NCBI GenBank assembly: GCA_036553845.1
Contig: DATBOK010000095.1
Location: 1,644 to 65,643, forward strand
Source of the DNA: Casimicrobiaceae bacterium
Lineage (GTDB): Bacteria > Pseudomonadota > Gammaproteobacteria > Burkholderiales > Casimicrobiaceae
Reading direction: 5' to 3'
DNA: 64,000 bases
Shown here: positions 1 to 9,596 of the stretch, piece after piece
Layout of the letters: every line of letters starts with the position of its first letter
Position numbering within the stretch: the stretch's first letter is position 1
The notes under the pieces: model-generated
Database searches by the model: none
What the model was told of the DNA's origin: nothing
What the model saw: only the letters and a program-made list of their open reading frames with translations
Translations under genes and position numbers: made by a program

Positions 1-1
1 C

Positions 2-1000
2 GCGGGCGCGCACATCGTTGCCTCACGCGCGCTCTACGGCGGCTCGCACAACCTGCTCGACTACACGCTGCCGCGCCTCGGCATCACCACCACCTTCGTC
101 GACCCGCGCGACGTCGATGCCTGGCGCGCCGCGATCCGCCCGCAAACCCGGCTGCTGTTCGGCGAGACGCTCGGCAACCCCGGCCTCGACGTGCTCGACA
201 TCCGCCGCGTCGCCGATCTCGCGCACGACCACGCGCTGCCGCTGCTTGTCGACTCGACGTTCACCACGCCCTGGCTGCTACGCCCGTTCGACCATGGCGC
301 CGACCTCGTCTACCACTCGGCGACCAAGTTCCTCTCAGGTCACGGCGTCGTCATCGGCGGCGTGCTGGTCGATGGCGGCAGCTTCGACTGGCACGCGGCC
401 GCGGCGCACTTCCCGACGCTCGCCGAGCCGTACGCCGGCTTTCACGACATGACGTTCGCCGACGAGTCGACCACTGCCGCGTTCCTGCTGCGCGCGCGTC
501 GCGAGGGCGCGCGCGACTTCGGTGCCTGCATGGCGCCGTTCACCGCGTTCCAGGTGCTGCAGGGCATCGAGACGCTGCCGCTGCGCATGGAAAAGCACGT
601 CGCCAATACGAGGGCGGTGATCGAGTTCCTGCGCGCGCATCCGTTCGTCGGCACGATCGGGTATCCCGAGCTGCCCGACCATCCCGATCATGAGTTGGCT
701 CGCACGCTGCTGCCGCGCGGGTGCGGCGCCGTGTTCAGCTTCGACCTCAAGGGCACGCGCGCGCATGGCCGGCGCTTCATCGAGTCGCTGCGCCTGTTCT
801 CGCACCTCGCCAACGTCGGTGATGCCAAGTCGCTGGTGATCCACCCCGCCAGCACCACCCACTTCCGCATGAGCAGCGACGACCTCGCGCGCGCCGGCGT
901 GGGCGAAGGCACGATCCGGCTGTCGATCGGCCTCGAGAACGCCGACGACCTCATCGACGACCTCGGCCGCGCGCTGTATGTGGCGTCGAAAACCGCCTGA
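2..1000 (+). CDS. O-acetylhomoserine aminocarboxypropyltransferase / Cys-Met metabolism PLP enzyme (5' partial)
   Basis: Frame is open from the window start (AGAHIVASRALYGGSHNLL...ETLGNPGLDVLDI). PLP-lysine motif HSATKFLSGHG, plus HLANVGDAKSLVIHPASTTH and IRLSIGLE, typical of the MetY/MetZ family. Confidence 0.88.
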   Translation, partial: AGAHIVASRALYGGSHNLLDYTLPRLGITTTFVDPRDVDAWRAAIRPQTRLLFGETLGNPGLDVLDIRRVADLAHDHALPLLVDSTFTTPWLLRPFDHGADLVYHSATKFLSGHGVVIGGVLVDGGSFDWHAAAAHFPTLAEPYAGFHDMTFADESTTAAFLLRARREGARDFGACMAPFTAFQVLQGIETLPLRMEKHVANTRAVIEFLRAHPFVGTIGYPELPDHPDHELARTLLPRGCGAVFSFDLKGTRAHGRRFIESLRLFSHLANVGDAKSLVIHPASTTHFRMSSDDLARAGVGEGTIRLSIGLENADDLIDDLGRALYVASKTA

Positions 1001-1024
1001 CGTACCGTTATCGCGCGCGACGTC

Positions 1025-3604
1025 TCAGGCGGCGACCCGCACCGTCGCGCGCGAGCCGCGCAATCGCCGCCGCTGCGAGAGCATGACCAACCCGCAGAGG
1101 AGCAGCGCGGGTACATACAGCCATTCCTTGGCGAGCCGCTCGCGCTCGACATCGACGCCGGTGATCGACAGGCCCTGCTGGAATCCGGCCCTCGCGGCCG
1201 GGCTGTTGAGCTTCACGCCCAGGACGTCGATCGACGTCGCGCCGGGGGCGATGCTCAGTCCGGACTGTGCGATCCGCTGCGCGCCGCCACCATTGTCGCC
1301 GAGGGGAAGGAGCACGGTCTTGTGCACCGGGTCGCCGTCGATCGTCGTGCCGTCGAGGTGCACGCGCAACCCTTCGCCCGGTGCCGCGTGCTCGGCGAGC
1401 GCGACCATCTCCTGCGGCGGCCGCACGTTGTAGCGCTGTGCCGCGAGATCGACCCAGAATCCGGGCCGCAGCAGGGTGAACGTCACGACGAGCAGCGCCG
1501 CCGATTCATACCAGCGGCTGCGCGTGAGGAACCAGCCCTGTGTGCCGGCAGCGAACAGCAGCATCGCGCCGATCGCGGCCGCCACGACCAGCACGAGCTG
1601 CGCGAGCGTGTTCACGCCGATCATCAGAAGCTGCGGATTGAAGATGAACATGAACGGCAGGATCAGCGTGCGGCTGCTGTACCAGAATGCCGTGATGCCG
1701 GTGCGGATCGGATCGGCGCGCGAGATGGCCGCCGCGGCGAACGACGCGAGACCCACCGGCGGGGTGACGTCCGCCATCAGGCCGAAATAGAACACGAACA
1801 TGTGCACGGCGACGAGCGGCACGACGAGGCCGGTCTGCGCGCCGAGCTCGACCACCACCGGCGCCATCAGCGTCGACACGACGATGTAGCTCGCCGTCGT
1901 CGGCATGCCCATGCCGAGCACCAGGCAGATGAAGGCGACCAGGAACAGCATCGCCATCAGGTTGCCGGCCGAGATCGTCTCGACGAAGTCGGTCATCACG
2001 AGGCCGAAGCCGGTCAGCGACACGGTGCCGACGACGATGCCCGCGGCAGCGGTCGCCAGCGCGATGCCGATCATGTTGCGCGCGCCGCGCTCGAGGCCGT
2101 CGACGAGATCGTCGACGCCGGCGCGCATCACCGCGGGCGTGAGCGGTTGCCGGCGAAAGCGCGCGATGATCGGCTTTTGCGTGACCAGGATGATCATCAG
2201 GAGCACGGTCGCGTAGAACGCCGACAGCCCCGGCGACAGGTTCTCCACCAGCAGGCACCACACCAGCAGCACGACCGGCAGCAGGAAATGCAGCCCGGCG
2301 CGCAGCGTCGCGCCGATCGGCGGCAGCGAGAGCACCGGCGCGTTGGGATCGTCGATCGTGAGGTCGGGCTCGTGCGCGACGAAGCGCAGCACGACGACGT
2401 AGGCGATCGCGATCAGCGCGAGGACGATGTAGATCGCGGCGGCGCCCGTGGCGTCCTTGATCCAGCCGATCGCGAAATACACGACGTTGGCGAACACGAC
2501 CACGGCGGCCACCGTCATCAGGAACACCGGCAGGCGCTGGCGCAGCGGCGGGCGCGCGCCGCGCGCGATGCCGGCGATGCCCGCCTTGCAGGCCTCGAGA
2601 TGGACGATGTAGAAGAGTGCGATGTACGAGATGATCGCCGGCAGGAACGCGTTCTTGACGATCTCCGAATACGGCACGCCGACGTATTCGGCCATCAGGA
2701 ACGCCGCCGCGCCCATCACCGGCGGCATGATCTGGCCATCGACGCCGGCGGCGACCTCGATGGCGCCGGCTTTCTGCGCCGGATAGCCGACGCGCTTCAT
2801 CAGCGGGATCGTGAACGTGCCGCACGTGACGACATTGGCCACCGACGATCCCGAGATCATCCCCATCAGCCCCGACGACACCACCGCCGCCTTGGCGGGA
2901 CCGCCGCGCAGGTGACCGAGGAACGAGAACGCGACCTTGATGAAATAGTTGCCGGCCCCCGCTTTCTCGAGCAGCGCGCCGAACAGCACGAACAGGAAGA
3001 TATAGCTTGCGGACACGCCGAGCGCCACGCCGAACACGCCCTCGGTGGTCAGCCAGTAGTGCGACACCGCCTTCACCAGCGACACGCCCTTGTGCGCCAC
3101 GACGTCGGGCATGTAGGGCCCGGCGAAGGCGTACCCCAGCATGAGGATGCCGATCACCGCGAGCGGAGGCCCCACGACGCGGCGTGTCGCCTCGAGCAGC
3201 AGCAGCACGCCGATCACCGATGTCGCGATGTCGAGCGGCGTGGGCTGCCCGGGACGATCGGCGATCTCGCGGTAGAACAGGAACAGGTACGCACCGCAGA
3301 ACGCCGCCACCAGCGCCAGCAGCCAGTCCGCGAGGGGCACTCGATCGCGTGGAGACGCCTTGGCGAACGGGAACGCGACGAACGCGAGAAACAACCCGAA
3401 GCCGAGGTGCAGCGCGCGCAGCTCGGTCGAGTTGAGCACGAAGACGTTGAAGACGAACGGCAGCGACGATGCGCTCCACAGCTGGACCAGCGACCATGCG
3501 AGGCACGTCAACGCCAGCACGCGGCGGGTCCACGCCGCAGCGGGCATCCGCCCGCCGAGATCGGCTTCCTGGACCAGCGTGCCGGCGTCGACGTCGCGGC
3601 TCAC
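1025..3604 (-). CDS. TRAP transporter fused permease (4TM/12TM, TAXI-associated)
   Basis: Motifs [53 protein letters not shown] and [13 protein letters not shown] start overlaps the TAXI stop (GTGA); alternative ATG at 3547. Confidence 0.9.
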   Translation of the reverse strand: MSRDVDAGTLVQEADLGGRMPAAAWTRRVLALTCLAWSLVQLWSASSLPFVFNVFVLNSTELRALHLGFGLFLAFVAFPFAKASPRDRVPLADWLLALVAAFCGAYLFLFYREIADRPGQPTPLDIATSVIGVLLLLEATRRVVGPPLAVIGILMLGYAFAGPYMPDVVAHKGVSLVKAVSHYWLTTEGVFGVALGVSASYIFLFVLFGALLEKAGAGNYFIKVAFSFLGHLRGGPAKAAVVSSGLMGMISGSSVANVVTCGTFTIPLMKRVGYPAQKAGAIEVAAGVDGQIMPPVMGAAAFLMAEYVGVPYSEIVKNAFLPAIISYIALFYIVHLEACKAGIAGIARGARPPLRQRLPVFLMTVAAVVVFANVVYFAIGWIKDATGAAAIYIVLALIAIAYVVVLRFVAHEPDLTIDDPNAPVLSLPPIGATLRAGLHFLLPVVLLVWCLLVENLSPGLSAFYATVLLMIILVTQKPIIARFRRQPLTPAVMRAGVDDLVDGLERGARNMIGIALATAAAGIVVGTVSLTGFGLVMTDFVETISAGNLMAMLFLVAFICLVLGMGMPTTASYIVVSTLMAPVVVELGAQTGLVVPLVAVHMFVFYFGLMADVTPPVGLASFAAAAISRADPIRTGITAFWYSSRTLILPFMFIFNPQLLMIGVNTLAQLVLVVAAAIGAMLLFAAGTQGWFLTRSRWYESAALLVVTFTLLRPGFWVDLAAQRYNVRPPQEMVALAEHAAPGEGLRVHLDGTTIDGDPVHKTVLLPLGDNGGGAQRIAQSGLSIAPGATSIDVLGVKLNSPAARAGFQQGLSITGVDVERERLAKEWLYVPALLLCGLVMLSQRRRLRGSRATVRVAA

Positions 3605-4602
3605 TTGAGAAGTCCCTTTTCCTTGTAGAACTTCTCGGCGGCGGGGTGGAGCGGCGCCGACAGGCCGTCCTTGACCATCTTGTTCGGATCGAGGGCGGCG
3701 AACGCCGGGTGCAGCTTCTTGAACTCGTCGAGGTTGTCGAACACCGCGTGCACGACGACCTGCACGACGTCGTCGGGAACCTTGCTCGACGTCACCATCG
3801 TCGCCAGCACGCCGTAGGTCTGCGTCGCCTGCGGATTGTTGGCATACATGCCGCCGGGGATCGTCGCGTGCGCATAGTACGGATACTTGCTGACCAGCGC
3901 GTCGATCGCCGGACCGGTGAGCGGCACGAGCTTGGCGCCGCAGGTGGTCGTCGGATCCTGGATGTTCGCCGACGGATGGCCGACGCCGTAGAAGAAGCCG
4001 TCGATCTTGTTGTCGCACAGCGCCGGGCCGTGCTCGTCGGCCTTGAGCTCGGAAGCAAGCGCGAAGTCGGACATCTTCATGCCGAGCGCGGCGAGAAGCT
4101 CCTCCATCGCCGAGCGCGTGCCGGAGCCCGGATTGCCGACGTTGAAGCGCTTGCCCTTGAAATCGGTGAACTGGTGGATGTTCGCCTCCTTGCGCGCGAC
4201 CACGGTGAACGGCTCCGGGTGAACCGAGAACACCGCGCGCAGCGTCTTGTCGGCCTCCTTGAAGGGTCCGGTGCCGTTGTAGGCCTGGTACTGCACGTCG
4301 GATTGCGTCATGCCGAAGTCGAGCTCGCCCGATTTCACGGCGTTGACGTTGTAGACCGAGCCGCCGGTCGATTCCACCGAGCAGCGGATGCCGTGCTTGG
4401 CGCGGTCCTTGTTGACCAGGCGGCAGATCGCGCCGCCGACGGCGTAGTAGACACCGGTGACGCCGCCGGTGCCGATGGTGATGAAGCGCTGCGGCTGTTG
4501 CGCGAGCGCCGGCGGCGGGGTGCCGAGCGCGGCGGCGAATGCCGCCGCGGCGATGAACGACGTCGCGCGGATCGAGCGGCGATGTGCGGGATCGTGTTGC
4601 AT
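3601..4602 (-). CDS. TAXI-family TRAP solute-binding protein
   Basis: Signal peptide followed by [22 protein letters not shown] and C-terminal [23 protein letters not shown] upstream of the ATG at 4602. Confidence 0.92.
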   Translation of the reverse strand: MQHDPAHRRSIRATSFIAAAAFAAALGTPPPALAQQPQRFITIGTGGVTGVYYAVGGAICRLVNKDRAKHGIRCSVESTGGSVYNVNAVKSGELDFGMTQSDVQYQAYNGTGPFKEADKTLRAVFSVHPEPFTVVARKEANIHQFTDFKGKRFNVGNPGSGTRSAMEELLAALGMKMSDFALASELKADEHGPALCDNKIDGFFYGVGHPSANIQDPTTTCGAKLVPLTGPAIDALVSKYPYYAHATIPGGMYANNPQATQTYGVLATMVTSSKVPDDVVQVVVHAVFDNLDEFKKLHPAFAALDPNKMVKDGLSAPLHPAAEKFYKEKGLLK

Positions 4603-4636
4603 GGTGCTCCTCCTCTGGTGTGGAACGGATGCCGCG

Positions 4637-5470
4637 CTACGCGCGGCCATGGCGAAAGAAGCGGCGCGCCTCCTCGGCGCTCGCCGCGCGCATGTGCAGC
4701 GGCGCCAGCGCGGCGGCCGTCGCGCGCACCAGCGCGGCGTTGTCCGCCGCGGGCTCGCCGCCGGGCAGCGCGAGGTTGTTCTCGAAGCCGACGCGCACGT
4801 GACCGCCGAACAGCGCGCTCGCCGCCATGCAGCGCAGCTCGTCGGCGCCGAAGGCGCAGGCCGACCACGGCCATCCGGCGGGCAGCACGGCGAGCGTCGG
4901 CGCCAGGTCGGCAGGGCGCCCGGCGCGTTGCCCGGCGTAAGCGCCAAGCACGAACAGCAGGTTCGGCAGGTCGTCGCCGAGCACGCCGACGGCATGCAGC
5001 TCCGCGGCATGCGCGATGTCCTGTGGCGAGTGGACGATGAACTGGATGAGCGTGCCGTGTGCGCGCAATTCGGCAATGACCGCTTGCGCGGCCACCTCGT
5101 CCTGCGGCGTGGCGAAGAACTCGCGGATCGCCAGCGAAACCGCTTCCGCCTCGAGCGCGCGCGCCGCCGCCATCTGCGCGGCGGCGGTGTAGCGGCCACC
5201 GGCCTCGGTGGTGAGCTGCAGCACGAGGCGATCGCCGATGCGGGCGCGGATCGCGTCGGTCGCCGCGCGGTAATCGCGGGCGTCGAGGCTATGCCGGCCA
5301 TGGGCGTCGCGCACGTGCACGTGCATCATCGACGCTCCCGCCGCCGCAATATCCTCGGCACACTGCGCGAGGTCGTCCGGCAGCAGCGGGATGCGCGGGT
5401 GATCGGCGCGCGTCTTGCGCGCACCGTTGGGCGCGACGGCGATGACGACGGGAGTCGGTGCGCGGGTCAT
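4637..5470 (-). CDS. Beta-keto acid cleavage enzyme (BKACE / DUF849, Kce family)
   Basis: VIAVAPNGA, Zn-binding [12 protein letters not shown] and [11 protein letters not shown] motifs. Confidence 0.9.
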   Translation of the reverse strand: MTRAPTPVVIAVAPNGARKTRADHPRIPLLPDDLAQCAEDIAAAGASMMHVHVRDAHGRHSLDARDYRAATDAIRARIGDRLVLQLTTEAGGRYTAAAQMAAARALEAEAVSLAIREFFATPQDEVAAQAVIAELRAHGTLIQFIVHSPQDIAHAAELHAVGVLGDDLPNLLFVLGAYAGQRAGRPADLAPTLAVLPAGWPWSACAFGADELRCMAASALFGGHVRVGFENNLALPGGEPAADNAALVRATAAALAPLHMRAASAEEARRFFRHGRA

Positions 5471-5483
5471 GAGCGAGCTCGCG

Positions 5484-6821
5484 CTAGGCGGCCACGCGAT
5501 CCGCGACTGCCGCGTCGATCGACTCGGCGAGCAGCGTGACGATGCGGTCGATGTCGTCGGCAGTGACGATGAAGGGCGGCGCCAGCAGCACGTGGTCGCC
5601 GCGCCGGCCATCGAGCGTGCCGCCCATCGGGTAGCAGAGGAGGCCGCGGCGCATGGCCGCGGCCTTCACCTTCGCGTGCAGGCGCAGGGCGGGATCGAAC
5701 GGCGCCTTGGTCGCACGGTCGGCGACGAGCTCGACGCCGGCGAACAGGCCCCGGCCGCGGATGTCGCCGACGTAGGGGTGCGCGCCGAGCACGTCGTCTA
5801 GGCGGCTGCGCAGCACGCGACCCATCGCCTGCACGGCGTCGAGCAGGTGGTCGCGCTCGATCACGCGCTGCACCGCGAGCGCCGCCGCCGCCGCGACCGG
5901 ATGGCCGAGATACGTATGGCCGTGCTGGAAGAAGCCGCTGCCGCGCGCGATCGCGGCGACGATCCGTTCGTGGATCAGCACGCCACCCACCGGCTGGTAG
6001 CCGCCGCCGAGGCCCTTGGCGATCGTCATCAGGTCGGGGACGATCCCCTCCTGCTCGACGGCGTGCAGCGTGCCGGTGCGACCCATGCCGCACATCACCT
6101 CGTCGGCGATGAGGAGTATGCCGTGGCGATCGCAGATCTCGCGTACCCGCTTCCAGTAGCCCGGCACCGCCGGCACCGCGCCGAGCGTCGCGCCGACAAC
6201 GGTCTCGGCGACGAAGCCGATGACGTTCTCGCCGCCGAGCGACGCGACCGTCGCCTCGAGCTCGGCGGCGAGGCGTTCGGCATAGGCATCCGCCGTCTCG
6301 CCTTCGAGGCGGTCGCGGTACTCGTAGCACGGCGCGACGTGCGCGACGTCGATCAGCAGCGGCGCGAACTGCCGCCGGCGCCATTCGTTGCCGCCGACCG
6401 CAAGGGCGCCCAGCGTGTTGCCGTGGTAGCTCTGCCGGCGCGCGATGAAATGCCTGCGCTGCGGCTCGCCCATTTCGACGTAATACTGACGCGCGAGCTT
6501 GAGCGCGGTCTCGACGGCTTCGGAGCCGCCGGACACGAGGTACACGCGCGACAGGCCCGGCGGCGCGTGGGCGACGAGATGGTCGGCCAGCGTCTCCGCC
6601 ACGGCGGTGGTGAAGAAGCTCGTGTGCGCATACGCGATGCGGTCGATCTGCGCGTGCATGGCCGCCCGCACGTCCGGGTGACCATGGCCGAGGCACGACA
6701 CCGCGGCGCCGCCCGAAGCGTCGATGTAGGACCGACCGTCGGCGTCGACGATCGTGATGCCATGGCCGCCCACCGCCTGCGGCAGCGTCGAGGGCGGGTG
6801 ACGGTGGAGGATATGGGTCAC
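5484..6821 (-). CDS. Class III PLP aminotransferase (omega/beta-amino acid transaminase-like)
   Basis: YIDASGGAAVSCLGH, SGGSEAVETALK, SYHGNT, LIADEVMCGMGRTG, PLP lysine in DLMTIAKGLGGGY, and HGHTY. Confidence 0.92.
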   Translation of the reverse strand: MTHILHRHPPSTLPQAVGGHGITIVDADGRSYIDASGGAAVSCLGHGHPDVRAAMHAQIDRIAYAHTSFFTTAVAETLADHLVAHAPPGLSRVYLVSGGSEAVETALKLARQYYVEMGEPQRRHFIARRQSYHGNTLGALAVGGNEWRRRQFAPLLIDVAHVAPCYEYRDRLEGETADAYAERLAAELEATVASLGGENVIGFVAETVVGATLGAVPAVPGYWKRVREICDRHGILLIADEVMCGMGRTGTLHAVEQEGIVPDLMTIAKGLGGGYQPVGGVLIHERIVAAIARGSGFFQHGHTYLGHPVAAAAALAVQRVIERDHLLDAVQAMGRVLRSRLDDVLGAHPYVGDIRGRGLFAGVELVADRATKAPFDPALRLHAKVKAAAMRRGLLCYPMGGTLDGRRGDHVLLAPPFIVTADDIDRIVTLLAESIDAAVADRVAA

Positions 6822-7729
6822 GGCGCGGGCGATCCTGCCGGATTCCAGTAGGCGTTCTGCTGCGTGAGTCGCTTCTCGACCTCGCCGAGCCGCGCGAGCA
6901 CCGCCTTGCCGCCGCGCGCGGCGAGGCGAGCGACCAGCAGCTCCACGAGTGCCAGCGGACCGACCATCGACCCGAAGAACGACACCGAGCCGGTGCGAAA
7001 AAGCAGCGTGTGCGCGGCATTGCGCGCCAGCGGGGAGAGCGCGCTGTCGGTGAGCGCGACGATGCCGACGCCGCGCGCACCGGCGGCGTCGACGGCGCGT
7101 ACCGTCGGCATCGAGTAAGGCTCCTGGCTGATCGCCACCAGCACGTCACTCCGGGTCAGCGCGTCCACCTGGTCCTGCAGCGTGCCGCCAATGCCGTCGA
7201 ACAGCACGCCGTTGCGCGCGATGAGGTGGTACGCGTAGCGGAACTGGTAGGCGATGCCGAAGCTCGCGCGAACGCCCAGGAAGCCGACGCGCCGGGCGCC
7301 GGCGATCGTCGCGATCGCGGCCTCGAGCTCGGTCCCCGCATTGAGCGTGGCGAGCGACTGCACGTTGTCGACCTGGGCCGACGCAAGCTCGCGCGCGAGG
7401 CGGTCGACGCGCGCGCCGCCGGGCACCGACTGCAGTGCCGAGGCGCGCCTGCCGTAGCCCGCGGCGTGACCCGCCATGGCGGCCTGGAACGGCCGGCGCA
7501 GCGACGCGTAATCGGGCAGCCCCAGCGCGCGTGCAAGGCGCACCATCGTCGGCGCGGAGACGCCGGCGCGTTCGGCCTGCTGGCGCATCGACAGCAAGCC
7601 AGTGTCGGCCGGATGGTCGATCACCCAGCGCGCCGCGCGCCGCAATTCCGGCGACAGCCGGTCGAAGGCGTCGCGCAGGCGCTGCGCGAGCTCCGCGGCG
7701 GAGAGGGCCGAATGCCGTGTTCCACGCAT
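6818..7729 (-). CDS. MurR/RpiR-family transcriptional regulator (HTH + SIS)
   Basis: N-terminal HTH (LSMRQQAERAGVSAPTMVRLARALG) and SIS domain (GFLGVRASFGIA, ALTDSALSPL). Start at 7729 chosen because the promoter overlaps the upstream ATG at 7753. Confidence 0.9.
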   Translation of the reverse strand: MRGTRHSALSAAELAQRLRDAFDRLSPELRRAARWVIDHPADTGLLSMRQQAERAGVSAPTMVRLARALGLPDYASLRRPFQAAMAGHAAGYGRRASALQSVPGGARVDRLARELASAQVDNVQSLATLNAGTELEAAIATIAGARRVGFLGVRASFGIAYQFRYAYHLIARNGVLFDGIGGTLQDQVDALTRSDVLVAISQEPYSMPTVRAVDAAGARGVGIVALTDSALSPLARNAAHTLLFRTGSVSFFGSMVGPLALVELLVARLAARGGKAVLARLGEVEKRLTQQNAYWNPAGSPAP

Positions 7730-7765
7730 GTAACGAACGTTACATAAATGCAACGTGCATTACAA
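7728..7765 (-). promoter_or_regulatory. Sigma70 promoter of the RpiR operon overlapped by two palindromic operator candidates
   Basis: Minus strand TTGTAA (7765-7760), 17 bp spacer, TAACGT (7742-7737), 7 nt, then ATG. Perfect palindrome ATGTAACG-AA-CGTTACAT at 7728-7745 and a degenerate copy TGCAAC-N4-ATTACA 20 bp away. Confidence 0.75.
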
Positions 7766-7838
7766 GCGCGTGGCGGGCTCCCGCCTCGCGGCGACGAAGC
7801 GCCGGGCGCGCGGAGGCGAGGAACGGCGGAGTTTGTGG

Positions 7839-8165
7839 CTACTGCGGTGCGCCGTAGGCGCGTGTCAGGTAGTCCGCGATGGGCGCGATGTCGTCCGCGG
7901 GAATCTGGGCGCCGTAGACGTTCTTCATCTTCTCGACTTCGGCTTTCCAGAACGCGAGCGGCTTGCCGCGCGGCTGCGTGATGACGTAGTCGGCGGAATG
8001 GCAGGTCGTGCATTGCGCGTTGGCGCGCTCGACGCCGGGCGCGTCCTTGAGCCGCGATGCTTCCGGCGGCAGCTCGATCTTCGTCGCCAGCACCGATCCG
8101 CAGCATGCGGCGATGGCGACCGCGAAGACGGCCCGGCGGCCCGTGTTGTTGCGCTCGCGCTTCAT
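7839..8165 (-). CDS. Monoheme cytochrome c, SorB-like subunit of sulfite dehydrogenase
   Basis: Signal peptide, heme motif CTTCH, and KMKNVYGAQI. Directly downstream of the Mo subunit. Confidence 0.85.
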   Translation of the reverse strand: MKRERNNTGRRAVFAVAIAACCGSVLATKIELPPEASRLKDAPGVERANAQCTTCHSADYVITQPRGKPLAFWKAEVEKMKNVYGAQIPADDIAPIADYLTRAYGAPQ

Positions 8166-8178
8166 CGTCGCGCTCCCG

Positions 8179-9417
8179 TCAGGCCGCGGTCACGTGCGTC
8201 GTCTCGACGACGTTGCGCATGTACCCGGCTGGATTCCACGAAGGCTCGAGCGGCTGCGTCTGCCCGAGGGCATTGAACGCACGCACCTTGATGCCGTGCA
8301 TCCCCGGGCGCAGCCACATGCGCGTGCGCCAGCCCCTGAACGAGTACTTGCCGAGGTCGGCGTCGAGCGTGGTGTCCACCCAGGTCGCGCCGCCGTCGAT
8401 CGACAGCGCCACCTCGCGGATGCCATAGCCGCCGTCGAAGGCGAAGCCGCGCACCTCGAATTCGCTGCCGGCCGGGACCCTCGCGCCCTCGGCGGGACTC
8501 GTGACGAACGAGCGGATGGTGAAGCGCCCGATCGGCCGCGTCGACTTCGGCGCCGCGCCTGGCTCGACGCACGCGCATGCGTTGTCGGGGATGCGATACG
8601 CGGTCTTCATCCAGAAGCCGTCAAAGACCGTGTCGACGACATTGATCTCGGCGAGATGCTTGACCCAGTACGTGCCGAAATAGCCCGGCACGACGAGGCG
8701 CACCGGGTATCCGTTCAGCATCGGCAGGTCGGACCCGTTCATCGCGTAGGCGATCATCACCTCGCCGTCCATCGCGTGGTCGATGTCGAGCGCCTTGACG
8801 AAGTCCGGCGTCGTCGGCAGCACGGGTCCGTCGAGACCGTCGAACGTGACTTGCCGCGCGCCCGCCTGAACGCCGGCCTTGTCGAGCACGGCTTTCAGCG
8901 TGACGCCGCGCCACCTGGCGTTGCCGAGCGCGCCATTGCCGAGCTGGCCGCCGGCGACGCGCGGATCGAAGAAACCGCGGCTGTTGCCCGAGCACTGGTT
9001 GACGGCGACGATCTCCGTGGCGGGCATGGCCTTGAGGTCGGCGACAGACAGCGACAGCGGCGTGGCGACCTTGCCCTTGACGGCGATCCGATGGGTCGCG
9101 CCGTCGATGTCGGTGGGCACGCCGGCGAGGTGGTAGCGGACGAAGAAGGCGTCGTTCGGCGTGATCATGCCCTCGTCGTATACCGCCCAGGGCGTCTCGA
9201 GTTGCGGTGGCCGGGCGGTGAGCAGGATCAGCTCGCGCTTCTGCGGGTAGGTCGCCATCGGCCGTTCGCCGTTGCCGATGGGCAGGCGGTAATCGTCGGC
9301 GGCCAGCACGCGCAGCGCATGCGCACCGAGCGTCGCGCTCGCGCCGAAGGCGCCTGCCGTGCGCAGGAACCGGCGGCGGTCCGCGATGGATTGCGATGGG
9401 ATGCGACGATGGGGCAT
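8179..9417 (-). CDS. Molybdopterin sulfite oxidase-family enzyme, SorA-like (Tat-exported)
   Basis: Tat motif DRRRFL, TPNDAFFVRYH, Mo-ligand Cys in NQCSGNSR, NGYPVRLVVPGYFGTYWVKHL, and C-terminal WNPAGYMRN. Confidence 0.9.
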   Translation of the reverse strand: MPHRRIPSQSIADRRRFLRTAGAFGASATLGAHALRVLAADDYRLPIGNGERPMATYPQKRELILLTARPPQLETPWAVYDEGMITPNDAFFVRYHLAGVPTDIDGATHRIAVKGKVATPLSLSVADLKAMPATEIVAVNQCSGNSRGFFDPRVAGGQLGNGALGNARWRGVTLKAVLDKAGVQAGARQVTFDGLDGPVLPTTPDFVKALDIDHAMDGEVMIAYAMNGSDLPMLNGYPVRLVVPGYFGTYWVKHLAEINVVDTVFDGFWMKTAYRIPDNACACVEPGAAPKSTRPIGRFTIRSFVTSPAEGARVPAGSEFEVRGFAFDGGYGIREVALSIDGGATWVDTTLDADLGKYSFRGWRTRMWLRPGMHGIKVRAFNALGQTQPLEPSWNPAGYMRNVVETTHVTAA

Positions 9418-9474
9418 GGCGTGCTCCCGAGGGACGCGCACGGCGGGCGAGGGCCCGGTGCGCGATCGGCGTCG

Positions 9475-9503
9475 ATTGTTCCACGCGGCCAAGCCCAGTG
9501 CAA
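9475..9503 (-). promoter_or_regulatory. Putative sigma70 promoter for the sorAB-like genes
   Basis: Minus strand TTGCAC, 17 bp spacer, AACAAT; the -10 lies ~58 nt upstream of the start codon. Confidence 0.5.
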
Positions 9504-9596
9504 TGGCCGGCGAACGCCGATGCGCGGTGCAGCGGGCGGCACGCCTTGCGCCACGCGTGCTGCGCCGCACACGACGAACGCGGCGAGCGTCGCGCT

